Origin: Paramoeba atlantica
Taxonomy: Eukaryota; Protista; Discosea
DNA length: 55,953 nt
Direction of reading: 5' to 3'
NCBI GenBank assembly: GCA_977017575.1
Contig: CDRNVI010000159.1
Coordinates: 1-55,953, forward strand
Shown here: positions 11,300 to 23,424 of the stretch, in pieces
Layout of the letters: each line of letters opens with the position of its first letter
Numbering within the stretch: the first letter of the stretch is position 1
Notes under the pieces: model-generated
Databases searched by the model: none
What the model saw: only the letters and a program-made list of their open reading frames with translations
Told to the model about the DNA's origin: nothing
Position numbers and translations under genes: made by a program

Positions 11300-13488
11300 A
11301 TGGAAACCTCTTCACTCAGTGTAAAGGAAGGAGAGGGTTTTCCTGCCAGAAACGCCTGGTCAGGATGAGCAGATAGTGAATCATTTGCTCAAGTTGTTAA
11401 AAAAAGTGAAAGAAAGAAAAAACCTCTTAAAACCAAGGAAGGCCTTCCAGCCTCCAAAGGTCTCAGCAATGTGTTACACAAGATTGATCGGAACAATGTC
11501 AGACTATACCAAGGTTTAGTTATGCACCTGAACCCAAAAACTGTTGTTGGAGCCAAGTCAAGACCAACAAAGTTAGTGGGATCACTGGATTTTAGACTGG
11601 GACTTTCCAACTTCAACAAGGTTATCAAAGCGATTGAAAATGTGACTTCTCTTAAAGGGAAGATTTTTGTGAACATCAAGCAGGGCCATTTTGTGATCTC
11701 AACGCTTGAGAATATGGATGCTGCCAGTGTAGAAAAAGAGTTTTTGAACAAAGGTGATGAATTGGCAAAAAAACTCAAGAAATCCTTTGTCTGGAGGAAC
11801 AATGAGGATGCAAAAGTGTGGGGACTCAAAATCAGGGTTCCTTTCAAAGCCGAGGGTGTGGAGTGGATCCAGAATCTTTTTGCTGGCCCAAATTCTCTTC
11901 CGAGACATAACTTGAAGGAAGTAGTTCAAATAGCCCAGAATTGTATTGTTTTGGTTTATTGGACCCCAGCGAGGCCCTTTGATAAAGTGGTGAAATGCCC
12001 CACTTGCCAAATTAACCATTCTGCTTGTTTGGATTGTTTATTTGAAATTTTACAAAAAAAGGATCCAAGTGAAGTTGGCAATATGGTGAGAACGGAAATG
12101 TATTCGATCAACACCTGCGACCCCAAAGGAGTTAAGATAAGAAAACAAGCTGCCAGAGATGGTGTGCAATTTAACTTTGTCTTGCCTGAAGGAGTCCCCT
12201 CATCCTGTACCCCCCTCGGTAATACTGGTGAGTCTATGGTGGTGGGCCCTGAGAGAATAGATCAAACTCCTCCCAAGTCACAAGCTTCTAAGCCTGCTGA
12301 AGGTCTCTCCCCCATTGGTGTTAAAAAAGTTGGCTCAAATTTACCTGTACATAATGCTGGTGGCCAAGGGTTGGTGTCTTGCTTGCCTAATGTTATTCCT
12401 GCTGAACCTACCCCTCCGAAGGGCCCCCCTCCTGTGAAGAAGAGCCATAAAGTTGTACCCAATAACTTCAAAGTTCCTTCTTCCACAACTAAGGGATCAG
12501 CTGGTCAAAGGAGTTCCTCTGTGGGTCCAGTCAAGCGTGATGCTGCAGCTCTGAGTAAGACGAGCTCATTTTCTCCCATTGGGACCAAAACCCTTTCTAA
12601 AATTAAAACAATAAATGGGAGCAGCAAACAAGGTAGTGGTTTCTCAGCACCCCCATATTGCCAGCCCAGCGATCACAAGCTCAACCAAAAAAGAAGGGTA
12701 CCCGGACATTGGTGAATACATGTTCCAACCCAGTAGTCTCTCCCTTTAAGTCTGCTTCTTCACAACCAAAAGAGACTGTGGGCAAGTCAAGAAATTGCGC
12801 TGATTCTGTGATCCAGAAGAAGGAGAACAGAAGAAACCAACCTGTTTCCAGCCCTGCTCCCATCTTCATCAATGAAGAAGATTTACTGGTCAAAAATGGA
12901 TTGGTGGAGGAACTTGACAATAGAAGGGAGGTGAAATCAATGTTAAAGAAATTGAATCTGAACATTGAATGGGCAAGCGCAACCGAGGATTTCGGAAGAG
13001 TTTATGAAGGGCTGGAGAACAGCTCAATCTTCCCAGAGGATAGGAGATTAAGGTGTCAAGCTTTCTATTTGGTTGAGTACCTTGTGAAGACAGGATGCAC
13101 TAAGAGGAAGAAGGGCGGATCAGAAGAGGTGATTAATGTTAGAGTAGGGTGGGAGAAAGGAAAGAATGAGAGTGAAGAGGAAAAGGGAAAAATATCGCAA
13201 AAGAAAAGAAAAATCGCACAAAAAAAGGAGAGTGGGGAAAGAAAGCCGGTGAATTTTCCAAATGAGGAAGGGGTGGGTGTTGTTCATCCACTTATGGAAA
13301 AACCCGAGGAAAGAGGTGGTGGTGTCCAAGACGATGTCCCTTTTTCCTTTTCGTTTGAAGGGTCAGATATGAGAGTAGAAGGAGAAGAGGAGGAAGAGGG
13401 TGATGCTATGGAGATTGAAACGAACAAGGAGTTTGCCAGAACAACCCAAGCAAGGAGAGAGAGTGAGGGAGGGAAGTCAGTCGTTTAA
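11300..13488 (+). pseudogene. LINE ORF1 (one premature TGA, one frameshift near 12660-12715)
   Basis: ATG at 11300 is in frame with the 11471-12715 ORF and continues in 12658-13488. Contains a Cys-rich VKCPTCQINHSACLDC segment and a basic/acidic low-complexity tail. Its position ahead of ORF2 is typical of ORF1. Confidence 0.75.
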
Positions 13489-13575
13489 AAAAAAAAAAAA
13501 AACACAAAAACACAAAAACACAAAAATACAAAAACACAAAAACAAAAACAAAAAAAAAAAAAAAACAAACAAACG

Positions 13576-16500
13576 ATGACTAAACTCAGAAAGAAGAAGA
13601 ATAAGAAGAGAAAGGAAAAGAGATTGGTGGATATTAGAAGTAGCTTTGGTGTGGGCCCCCAGGTAGCTCCTCTCCCAACAACAAACTTGCCTAATGTATC
13701 CCAGTCAGAGTGCCTCCCATCAGGTCCTCTGAGTGAGCCTGGAGTTGACCCCTGTGATAGGTCCTCAGCTAATTTAAGTGAGAGTGATGAACATAGGTTT
13801 CCTGATGCACGTGTTATTTCCTGGAACATGAATGGGATTCAAAATTTCGAAAAATTGAGAACCCTTTGGAAGATGGCTGGGAGTTGTTGGCCTCTTTTCA
13901 TTTTGATTCAAGAATCTCACTCTGATTTTGAATGTGACCTCAATCTCATCAGGAACCAATTGAGGAAGTATATTTGGTTGAGAGACAACTCCTTTGGAAA
14001 GAGGAGGGGTCTGCTCATTGGAGTTAAGCAAATGGAGGGGGTGAAAGAGATTTCTCCCTGTTTCTTTGACCAGACCATGAGTGAATTATTTGGTGTTCAT
14101 GTGACTATTGGATCAACGAACTATTCTGTCCTGAATATATACTGTCACCCTGACCTCAAAGTAGCCACCATCTTGCAGGAGGCTGCTCAATTCTTCAGTC
14201 AGAACCCCAGGAGTATAAATATCTTTGGGGGTGATTTCAATTGGGATGTGAAGGAAAAACAGATGGGGGAAATTGAAAAGTGTTGTGCTTCTCTCTGTAT
14301 GTCACGCTTGAAATGGGATGAACCCACCCATTATAAAGGGAGGTGTATCAACCATATCTTCTTCTTCTCGTCCAAGGCTCCATTAAAACGTTTGTTTATC
14401 AATGCCATCCCATCTGGCTTTAAAGATCATGCACTGCTGATTGGAGGATCCTCATTTAAGGAATGGGAGATTTGGGCGAATAAGAAATCCATCCCTGAGT
14501 ATCTGATTAATGACTATGGGTTCATCAACACTCTTATTGAGAGGATGGGTACCTTCTCCAAGGGTGATGATCCCAATGAGTTTTTGACCAGATTTAAGAC
14601 CACAGCTTGGGAATTAGTTCCCTACTGGAGAGAAAGAAACACTGAGGCGGCATTGTTCAGAGAACTGTGGAAGATCCACTCTCTTGTAAGATCCCTTTGC
14701 AATTCTCGCATTCTTAGGAAATCTACTGTCCAGAGGCCATACTCTTCCCTTGAAATGGGTCTGTTGGACCAGGCCTCCCTTGGTTGGAAGGGTCTGAAGG
14801 AAGGGAAGTTGTGGAGGAGAGGAATAATCCCCAGAATGATTTCTACAGTGCTCAAAAAGATTGAATGTATTGAAGGACAGTTGGGGATCTTTATTGACAG
14901 TCACCCTGCAAGGCCTAAAGTGAGATCATCCCCAAGGGTTAAAGGAATTGTTGTGGATAGGGTCATTTCCAGAGATAATGGTGTGGTCCAGAAAGCAATT
15001 AAAGAATTTTGGGGGAATCTTTTGGGCTCAGTGAGGCCATACAACAAGGACTCTCTCCAGAAGCTGATTGAGAACCATAAACCTCAGTTTCCTAAGGTTG
15101 ATTACCATGTTGTTGATGGGGCCAAGGTTGATAAACTGCTGTGACGGTGCAATAATTCAAGTGCTAGCCCAGATGGTATCCCCTTTGCTCTCTACAGAGT
15201 GACAAGTGAACAGCTGTGTGATATGTGGTGTAAACTTATCCAGAGAGCTGGGGAATCAATGGATTTCCCTGAGTTGTTTGGGGAGAGTCAACTTGTGTTA
15301 CTATCTAAGATTGAGAATATTTCTCGTCTTGACCAATTTCAACCAATAAGTATACCAATTCTGATTATCAGATTGTGATGAGATATTGGGCCAAATGGCT
15401 GATGGAGAGTGCCAGAGAGGTGATTTCCCCAGAACAAAATGCTATATTTGCTGGAAGGTCCATTGATAATGCAGTGGAATCGATACATGATGGGTTTATG
15501 GAAGCGGTGGCGGAGGGCAAAGACATGACCATCCTCCAAACTGATTTCTGTAAGGCCTATGACTATGTTAACCATGAAGCCCTTATGGAGTTGCTGATTG
15601 GGTTGAATGCTCCACCCCAAGCCCTTGAAGTGGTATCTAAAGTTCTGTGAAAGTTAGATACATGGCTCCCAACTGTAGGATTGAATGATAAGACACAGAA
15701 GGAAGCCATCAAGAGCCGGACTGGTGTGCAACAAGGCTGCCCCATTTCACCTCTTCTGTTCATTATTCTTTTTGATGTTTTATTGGTTAGTTTGAACAAT
15801 GGGGGTGACCTTGAGAAGTTTGCTGGGTTCATGGATGACTTAACCCTCCTCCTTCACAGGGTCCAATCCATAAATTCCTTGACCTCAATCTTCCAAGAAT
15901 ATGAACAAGGAACCAGAGCCAAATTCAACTACAACAAATGTTTTGTATTGTCAACTGAAAAATTCTCTCCTGTGGGCCCTTGGGCTGAAATGCCTTCAGC
16001 TAATTATTTGAGAGAGGAGACTGTGTACTTGGGAGTTACAATTTCTCAAAGAATGAACCCAACTAAAGACTGGGAAGGGGTGATCAAGAAAATGCAGAAG
16101 GTTGGAACAGCAATTAAGCAAAGGAAAGGCAGCTTCAAGGAGAGAGTCCAGATGATCAATACTTACCTTATTCCTTGTATGGGTTATTTGGCAAGATTCA
16201 AGCTTATCTTGAAAGCTGTCTCCTCGAAGATGTGGAAGGCCATTCGTTCAGCCTTAGGCGCATATGCAAATCTAAAGTCCTGTGTAATGACCTCCCTACA
16301 TCTCCCTTTCTTTGAAAAACCCCAAGTTAGACACCCTATTCTGTTTAACTGGGCTCTGCTGATATTGAGGAAACCTCTCCAAGATCATTATAGGAATCCA
16401 TTGTCCATTGGGGCCATGAGGATTGATGCTTTGGAAGCTAGTGGTGCTATCTCAGAACAAGTGAGGATGGGCTCCAAAACCAAGAGATCCTTCTCTCTCC

Positions 16501-17931
16501 TCTCTCAGAACATTTCTGTGGGAGTGGAGAATTTCTATGTGGGGGATGGGTGCTTGAAATGTGTGATCTATAATTTGTCTCTTCCACAAAGACCCCAGAT
16601 TAAGCGGAACCTTTTGAAGTTCTTTTTGAGGGGTCTTCCAACTGTGGATAAGATTGCCCATTTTACATCTGTGAGTCCACTTTGTCGGCTGTGTAGGAAA
16701 GCCAAAGAGTCAAGGGTGCACCTCCTTGAAGGATGTCTGAAAGCTAAGGCAATTTTGAAAACTATTGGGAGGAGATGCTTTGTTTTAAAGATTCCTAGGT
16801 GGGAGAGTGTTGACTTTGTGTGTGGATTTATGAACTAGTATCTAAAGAAGGCTGAAGCATCTGCAGTGAGTGCAGCTCTATTGAGCTTGTGGATCACTGT
16901 ATGTGCAGAAGGATCAAAGTTCCCAAGCTTTGCTGTTAAAATTTTTGATGAAATTGCTAAGACAAACAAGATGATCCCCAAACAAACTATAAGAAAGGCT
17001 CCCCCCAAAGGTAAAAGAGAAGTGAAACAACCAAAGTTCAAGTACCCTGCCTTGCAAGTGTTTTATGATGGCTCTGGGCATGTAGATCCCCACATCGAGG
17101 GATCTGGGTATGTGATTATTAAGGAAGGTTTGGAGGTTGGAGGTGGTTTTGAAACAATCCCACTAGGCTCAAATAATTTGGGTGAGTTTTCGGGATGCTT
17201 AGCTGGTCTACAACAAGTTATTGGCTTTGGGCAACATGTAGAGATGGTGGGAAATTGTAAAATTTTGACTGAGGCAGTGCCTAAGACGAAACTGATTGAT
17301 AACTTTGAGCTCAATGAGATCCTATCTGAGATCAGAAATATTGCTGAAAGTAAATTTGCCAAAGTGGAGTACACTTATGTGTATCACGAATTCAACAAGA
17401 GGTCAGATGTGATTGCAACAGCAGCAAGTCACTCTGAAGAGGATGGGATGGAAGCTGTGTTTGATAGGAACTGGGATCCAAGATCGAAACAACTAGCAAC
17501 AACCAGTGAGGAATGGATTATTGAGAATTCCAAGCTGTGGAAGTGGGTGATGGAACTGTTGGATTTGGATTGGAGCTTCCCTATGAAGAAAGTTTAGTTT
17601 AAGAGGAGGTTTAAGGACAAGGTGATTACAACTAATAATGTTTACTTCCCAGTACAAGCTGCACTGGATGGGGCAATGATTTCTCCTGTGTTCATTTCAA
17701 ATGATATTGTTAAGTGGTTTCCAGAAAGAGCTGCACCTGGAGAGATGTTAGAAAGTTTTGTTGAAAAAGAAAACTGAAAATGGAGAAAGGAGTATGAGCA
17801 AGCAAGGAACCATTGGTTGAAGAGTGCAATGAGACCTTCCATTGTAAGGAAGATTATTAGGCCTATTAAGGCTGTTGAGAAGAAAAGAATTTTGAGAGAG
17901 ATTCAAATGAGAAATAGAAAGAAACATTAGA
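13576..17931 (+). pseudogene. LINE ORF2: AP endonuclease, reverse transcriptase, CCHC zinc finger, RNase HI-like domain
   Basis: APE motifs ISWNMNG, LIQESH, GGDFN, INHIF and DHALL. RT motifs PDG, DFCKAYD, QQGCPISPLLF, and FMDD at 15828-15839. Zinc finger CRLCRKAKESRVHLLEGC. RNase H motifs FYDGS, NNLGEF, VGNC and NKRSDVIA. Broken by isolated stops and a 1-bp deletion near 15355. Confidence 0.93.
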
Positions 17932-18071
17932 GCTTTTGGCCACTAAGTTGGCACTGAAGTGGGTTGATCCTACTTGAAAATAATAATTTAATTTAAGTAT
18001 ATTCTTGGGTGTCCAGATTACACTTCATTTCAATAAATGGCATCTCTGATGTCTAAAATTAAAAAAAAAAA

Positions 18072-19770
18072 AGAGCAATGTCAAGACAAAAAAATATTCT
18101 TGAAAAAATAGAGGCAATTGATTCTTCACCAGACCAAACATTTGATCTCCCTGAGGTCAGAACACTTTGGCAAAAAGGTGAAGAACTTTCTCAAGGGGAG
18201 GATACCATAGAGGTTGATGGAGACACCATAGACCGTCTTCTTGTTCTGCTTCCTTTCTTGACTTGAGCCCAAAGATATGACAAGTTTTGCTCAAAAATCA
18301 TCAACTACCTTTATGGGATACTCCCAAAACACCAGTCAGAACTTAGAATGCTGCAAAGACAAGCATTCAAATACTGGATTGATGTGAATGGTATTTTAAG
18401 AAAGATTGATGAATCAGCTCCAGCCAAGACTGGACCTCCTGTTGTATTACCTTGAGCACTTTGGGATGATGTCCTAAAGGCCTATCATGACTCCCTTGTC
18501 TCTGGACATCAGAAGTATGAACATCTCTATCAAGCAATTGCTGCTTCTTATTATTTTCCAGGTATGTCCCTTTATATTAAAGGTTATTGTCATCAATGCT
18601 TGAATTGTACAATCAATTCAAAAGGAAAGACCTTGACATCTGAATTGAACCCATATATGGCTTCATACCCTGGAGTCACTGTCCACCTTGATTGTACAAA
18701 AGGCTCAAAGACTTCAGCCAGGGGAAATACTCATTTATTGGCAATTGTGGATAACTTTTCTGGATATCTGAGGTTATATCCAATCCCTCAGCCCACTGTG
18801 AAGGATGCTGCTGGAGCTTTATTGCAGTACATTTGCATAAATTCAATGTCATTGAAGATTGTTACTGATAACAGACCTGAATTTGCGAACAAACTCTTTA
18901 CTGAATTATCTAATTTGATGGGATTGAAACAAACCACAATTTCTCCTTATAACTCTAAGAGTAATGGTCGAGTAGAATGGACACACAAAGTCACCAAGTC
19001 AATTCTATGAGCCTACATGGACAAATTTAGAGATGACTGGGATTTATTAGTGCCTTTAGTTGAGTTTGCCTTCAATACCTCTCAATCTTCATCAACCACA
19101 TATATGCTCTTTCAAGTACATTTTGGACAACCACCAATTATGCCTCTCAATATGATGTATGGGTCAGTCTATCGGCTGTATGTGACCAGAAATGAATATG
19201 TGAGCAAACTTCAAACCAACCAAGATAGAGTCATTGAGTGGGTTCAAGCTGAACAATTGCAAGTTGCTGAAAGTCAATCTGAACTCTATAATCAAACTCA
19301 TAAGTCAAGGATCACACAACTCAAAATTGGTGATCATGTATTGTTAAGAAAATTCGAAACAACTACAGATGAAGCTGATCTTGGAAAGAAATATCAAACC
19401 TTATTCCATCAAAAAGTGTATATGGTTGTGGGAGATTATGAAAATGGAAGTTATACATTACAAAATCTATCCTGAAAAGATCCTCCATTCAAAGCAAACA
19501 TCTCAATTATTAAGAAACTTCAATTCCATCATGAGATTAACCTGGACCCTGGATCAAACGAAATTGGTCTTAAAGACTCCTCTGGACCAAAGAATGTCTC
19601 CTTTGATAATCATGGATATGATTTTGAGATTGAAAAAATCCTGAACCATGCTGTTCATAATGGAGAACTCTTTTACAAGATTCAATTTAAAGGATTCTGA
19701 AAAACATCAGCTGAATGGTGCTGAGCAAGTGATGTTGATGCTGAGGAGCTCTTAGATGATTATCATCTGC
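18072..19770 (+). pseudogene. Gypsy pol, C-terminal part: integrase and chromodomain
   Basis: HHCC motif YHDSLVSGH..CHQC. DDE core VHLDC / IVTDNRPEF / NGRVEW. Chromodomain FEIEKILNHAVHNGELFYKIQFKGF*..EW at ~19620-19750. Confidence 0.92.
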
Positions 19771-19928
19771 ATAACCCCATCAACTTTAATATACTTGGTG
19801 CTGATCATGAAGAATCCCAAGTGGCTTCACCAACAACTGTTCCAACTGGTCAACCTGCTAATGAGTCTACTCCTTCTTCCCCTCCTTCATCTTCAGAAAT
19901 ATCTGAGGAGCCAAGGTTTTCATCATGT

Positions 19929-19935
19929 GGGAGGA
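19929..19935 (+). promoter_or_regulatory. Polypurine tract
   Basis: GGGAGGA immediately before the 3' LTR TG. Confidence 0.65.
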
Positions 19936-20126
19936 TGCAATAGAGAAATCGATGACTCCTTAATAAAGACATCTATGCCTTTTTGATTTACTAAATAAAG
20001 GAGAATGAGTGCTGATGTGAAACTGCCAAATTCTGAAACAATTCAACATTCACTTTTCAAATTCTCAAATTGCACAACAACATTTTGATTGCTTTTATTA
20101 TTTACTGTAAAAACTATCATTTTACA
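19936..20126 (+). repeat. 3' LTR (191 bp)
   Basis: Direct repeat of 4239-4429, followed by the CTAG target duplication. Confidence 0.95.
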
Positions 20127-20130
20127 CTAG

Positions 20131-20440
20131 ACATCTGAGCTGAAGTCAGAAAGAACAATTCTCTAAGGGCTAAAGCATCTGGAATTCACAGTTCCATGCA
20201 GGTGATGGGAAAAGTTTTTTGTGTACTAATGGCCATAGTTCAAGCAGATAATGATACAAAGCTCAAGAGATCACTAAACACTATTCTCTTATCCACATCC
20301 ATGGAAATGACTCGACTTGTAACAGACCTCTAGAATGTTGGCAGAGAAGCACTTGATGTCCTCAAAGTCTCTTTAAGTGAAAAGGATCTGATTTCAACCA
20401 AAGATGATGAAGAATTCCTAAAACAAAAGAGGGACAATAA
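20131..20440 (+). pseudogene. 3' half of the ORF interrupted by the gypsy element; cut again by LINE copy B
   Basis: In-frame continuation of 3920-4238 across the CTAG duplication. It ends abruptly at the poly-T of copy B. Confidence 0.5.
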
Positions 20441-21161
20441 TTTTTTTTTTTTTTTAAGGTTCAGACATCAGGTGCCATTTATTAGAGTTAAAAAACTATC
20501 TCTAGGATGGAAAAGAGGGGGGAAGAAAGGGGGGGGGGAGGGGAGATAAATTAAGAGTTAGATCTAAAGATCTCTTCAGCATGGAATGTATTGGAGTTTC
20601 TTTACCAACTTTAGTTCTCACTAAGGGGTCTGCATTTGATTGTCTGCCTTCTAAAACCAAGAAGTGAATTCAGTTTGGAGGTTTCTATAAAGTTAATTAC
20701 ATTCCTTCAAAAATCTTCCTTGATAAAGCTTCTCACCAAATTGCTCTCTTGGAACTGATGGAACCATCCTTGGATATCTTTAGTAATTATTACAGGGAGG
20801 ATTAGAGCATTTTTAAGAGCAGTTTGGGCTGAAAACAAAACATGGAAGGTTGTCACTGTGTTTCCTTGGAATTTCCTTACAAAATTCCCTAGGGGGATGG
20901 GGAAAGTCTAGTCATGGGTGAGAGGGGAATTGATCCAGTTCCATAAGGTTGAATTCAAAATAATCCACTCTTCACTGGTTTCTGCAACATGTTGTGATCT
21001 TGGATTCCAATGATGCAGCAGTTACAATTGCATCAGCTTGTTTGTTAAGTTCTCAGGGTATATGGATGAATTCTATTTTGTCAAAATACATTGCTAACTT
21101 ACAGATTTCACAAAGTAGTTTATTCAAGGTGTAGTTTTTGATGGCATGGGTTTTGGGTACA
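20441..21161 (-). mobile_element. 5'-truncated LINE 3' end, copy B
   Basis: Poly-T at 20441-20455 followed by the reverse complement of copy A. Carries an internal deletion of ~40 bp near 21013. Confidence 0.88.
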
Positions 21162-21664
21162 CTAATTAGGATTTAGGGCCTAATTACTTCATTTTGAATT
21201 ACTTTTTTTTACAATTTAGAAAATCAAGACTGGTAGAAAGATGTGTCTCATTTTTGTCTTTCTAATGGTATATTTTTTTTAAAAATCCGAATATGTCACA
21301 AAAAGTTATAGGCAGTTTACGAAGAGGTCTTATGTATGAAATTCACATATAATAATAGGACTTTAAAGTGACACCCTACATATTGAGGAAACAAGTGAGC
21401 TGGGACTCATTTTTTTTGATAATATAATAAAAAAAACTATTTTTTAAAACTTGAACCAGTCAGATTTTTGATTTTGTCTCATAGAACAAAAATAATTGAG
21501 AAAACATTTATATGATTTTTACATACAAACATATAATTTTAGTCTCCTCCCTACATTATCAGGTCATATATAAAATTTTTTATGGTTTTCCCTATACATT
21601 GTAAAAAACTAATGAATTTTTTCAAAAGATTTATGAATCAAATCAATTAAGGTAACAATTCTAT

Positions 21665-22432
21665 TTTTTTTTTTTTAAAGTTTAGACACTAGGTGCCATT
21701 TATTAGAGTTAAAAAACCATCTCTAGGATGGAAAAGAGAGGGGAAGAAAGGGGGGGGGGAGGGAAGATAAATTAAGAGTTAGATTCAAAGATCTCTTCAA
21801 CATGGGATGCATTGGAGTTTCTTTACCAACTTTAGTTCTCACTAAGGGGTCTGCATTTGATTGTCCACCTTCTAAAACCAGGGAGTGAGTTCAGTTTGGA
21901 GGTTTTTATGAAGTTAATTACATTCCTTTGAAAATCTTCCTCAATAAAGCTCCTCACCAAATTGCTCTCTTGGGACTGATGGAACCATCCTTGGATATCT
22001 TTAGTAATTATTACAGGGAGGATTAGAGCATTTTCAAGAGCAGTTTGGGTTGGAAACAAAACATGGGGGGTTGTCACTATGTTTCCTTGGAATTTCCTTA
22101 TAAAATTCCCTGGGGGGATGGGGAAAGTCCAGTCACAGGTGAGGGGGGAATTGATCCAGTTCCACAGGGTTGAATTCAAAATAATCCACTCTTCACTGGT
22201 TTCTGCAATATGTTGTGATCTTGAATCCTAATGATGGTCATTCACAACACATGTTCCATCCTCTTTAAACCAACTTGCAGCAGTTGCAATTGCATTAGCT
22301 TACTTGTTAAGTTCTTGGGGTACATGGATGAATTCTATCTCGTCAAAGCACATTGTTAACTTACAGATTTCACACAGTAGTTCATTTAAGGTATAGTTTT
22401 TGATGGCATGGGTTTTGGGTGCAGCCTTGGTG
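21665..22432 (-). mobile_element. 5'-truncated LINE 3' end, copy C, with 16-bp target duplication
   Basis: Poly-T followed by the reverse complement of copy A. AAGGT(A/G)ACAATTCTAT is duplicated at 21649-21664 and 22433-22448. Confidence 0.9.
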
Positions 22433-23424
22433 AAGGTGACAATTCTATCCAAAAGAGACGAAAAACATCAAAGCGTAAGGTGTGCTAAAAAAGAAACTTT
22501 TTGTTTTTCTTTGATTTTCTCAATTCTTTTTTTTGATTGTGTGTGAAAAAATGAAATGATTGATCTGGTGGTGTTGTTTTTAATAGTTTGTGAATAAAGA
22601 AAAAAGAAAAAAATAACAAACTAAAACATTCATTTGAAATATGAAATAAAAAAGTTCATTGGTAAATCAAACAATCTATCATGTATCTTTCCAAACCTTT
22701 CAACTCTTCTTTTCTTTCAATTTCTTTCTTTTCTCTTTCTGTTTTTCTGTGTTTTTCTCACCTGCTGCTTTCTTTTCTGAAAAAGAAAAAAAAATCCAAT
22801 TCCCAATCAAATGTTGCCACATTATCCATTTTCTTTTTCTTTTTTTGGTTTTTTTTTTTGGTTTTTTGTTTTGAACAGTTTTTTTTTTCTTTTTTGTTTG
22901 TGAGAAAGAAAGAAAAAAAGAAAAAGAAAGAGAAAGAGAAAGATTCAACAAAAAAAAGAAAAAAACAAAAAAAAATAAAGAAAAAGGATTGTATGATCAA
23001 AATTGATTGAAAAGATCCAAATGCAAACCAAAAATAAGATTAAAGAAGAAAAAAAGAAAAAAAATTGAATTTGTATTGGTCCTATCTTGATGGAAGCTTG
23101 AACAACTAAGAAAAAACAAGAACATTTGAATTCTTTTTCACCTCCTTATCAAATTTCAAGAAAAAAAATCACACCTAAAATAAAAATCAATTTTTTGGCA
23201 AAAAAGTTTTTCTTTTTTGTTTTTTGTTTTTGTTTGATTTTTGTATTTGGTTTTTGTTTTTTGAAAGATGAAAAAAATAGACTTTTAGAAATTAAAAGAT
23301 TTTTGGTTTTTTCAATGTATTACTTTTATATTAAAAAAGAGAAATGAAAAACCAATCTATTTTTCTCAAAGTGAGAAAGATAAGAGAATTCATAAGGTTT
23401 ATCTGGTAATTTAATTCTTCAAGG

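Larger units (their letters stand above)
11198..18071 (+). mobile_element. Full-length L1-like non-LTR retrotransposon with C-terminal RNase H, inserted into gypsy pol
   Basis: ORF1 and ORF2 (APE-RT-CCHC-RNase H), AATAAA at 18032, poly-A at 18061-18071. A ~23-bp target duplication, AGAGCAATGT(T/C)(G/A)AG(G/A)CAAAAAAA, sits at 11175-11197 and 18072-18094. Confidence 0.93.
4239..20126 (+). mobile_element. Ty3/gypsy chromovirus LTR retrotransposon, degenerate, with two nested insertions
   Basis: Paired 191-bp TG..CA LTRs with CTAG target duplication (4235-4238 and 20127-20130), PBS and PPT. Domain order is gag-PR-RT-RH-IN-chromo. Confidence 0.95.

Noticed and set aside
11198-18071. Telomere-specific retrotransposon (HeT-A/TART/TRAS-like) role for the LINE
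   Set aside because: It is inserted in gypsy pol ~37 kb from the telomere with an ordinary target duplication, not in telomeric repeats.
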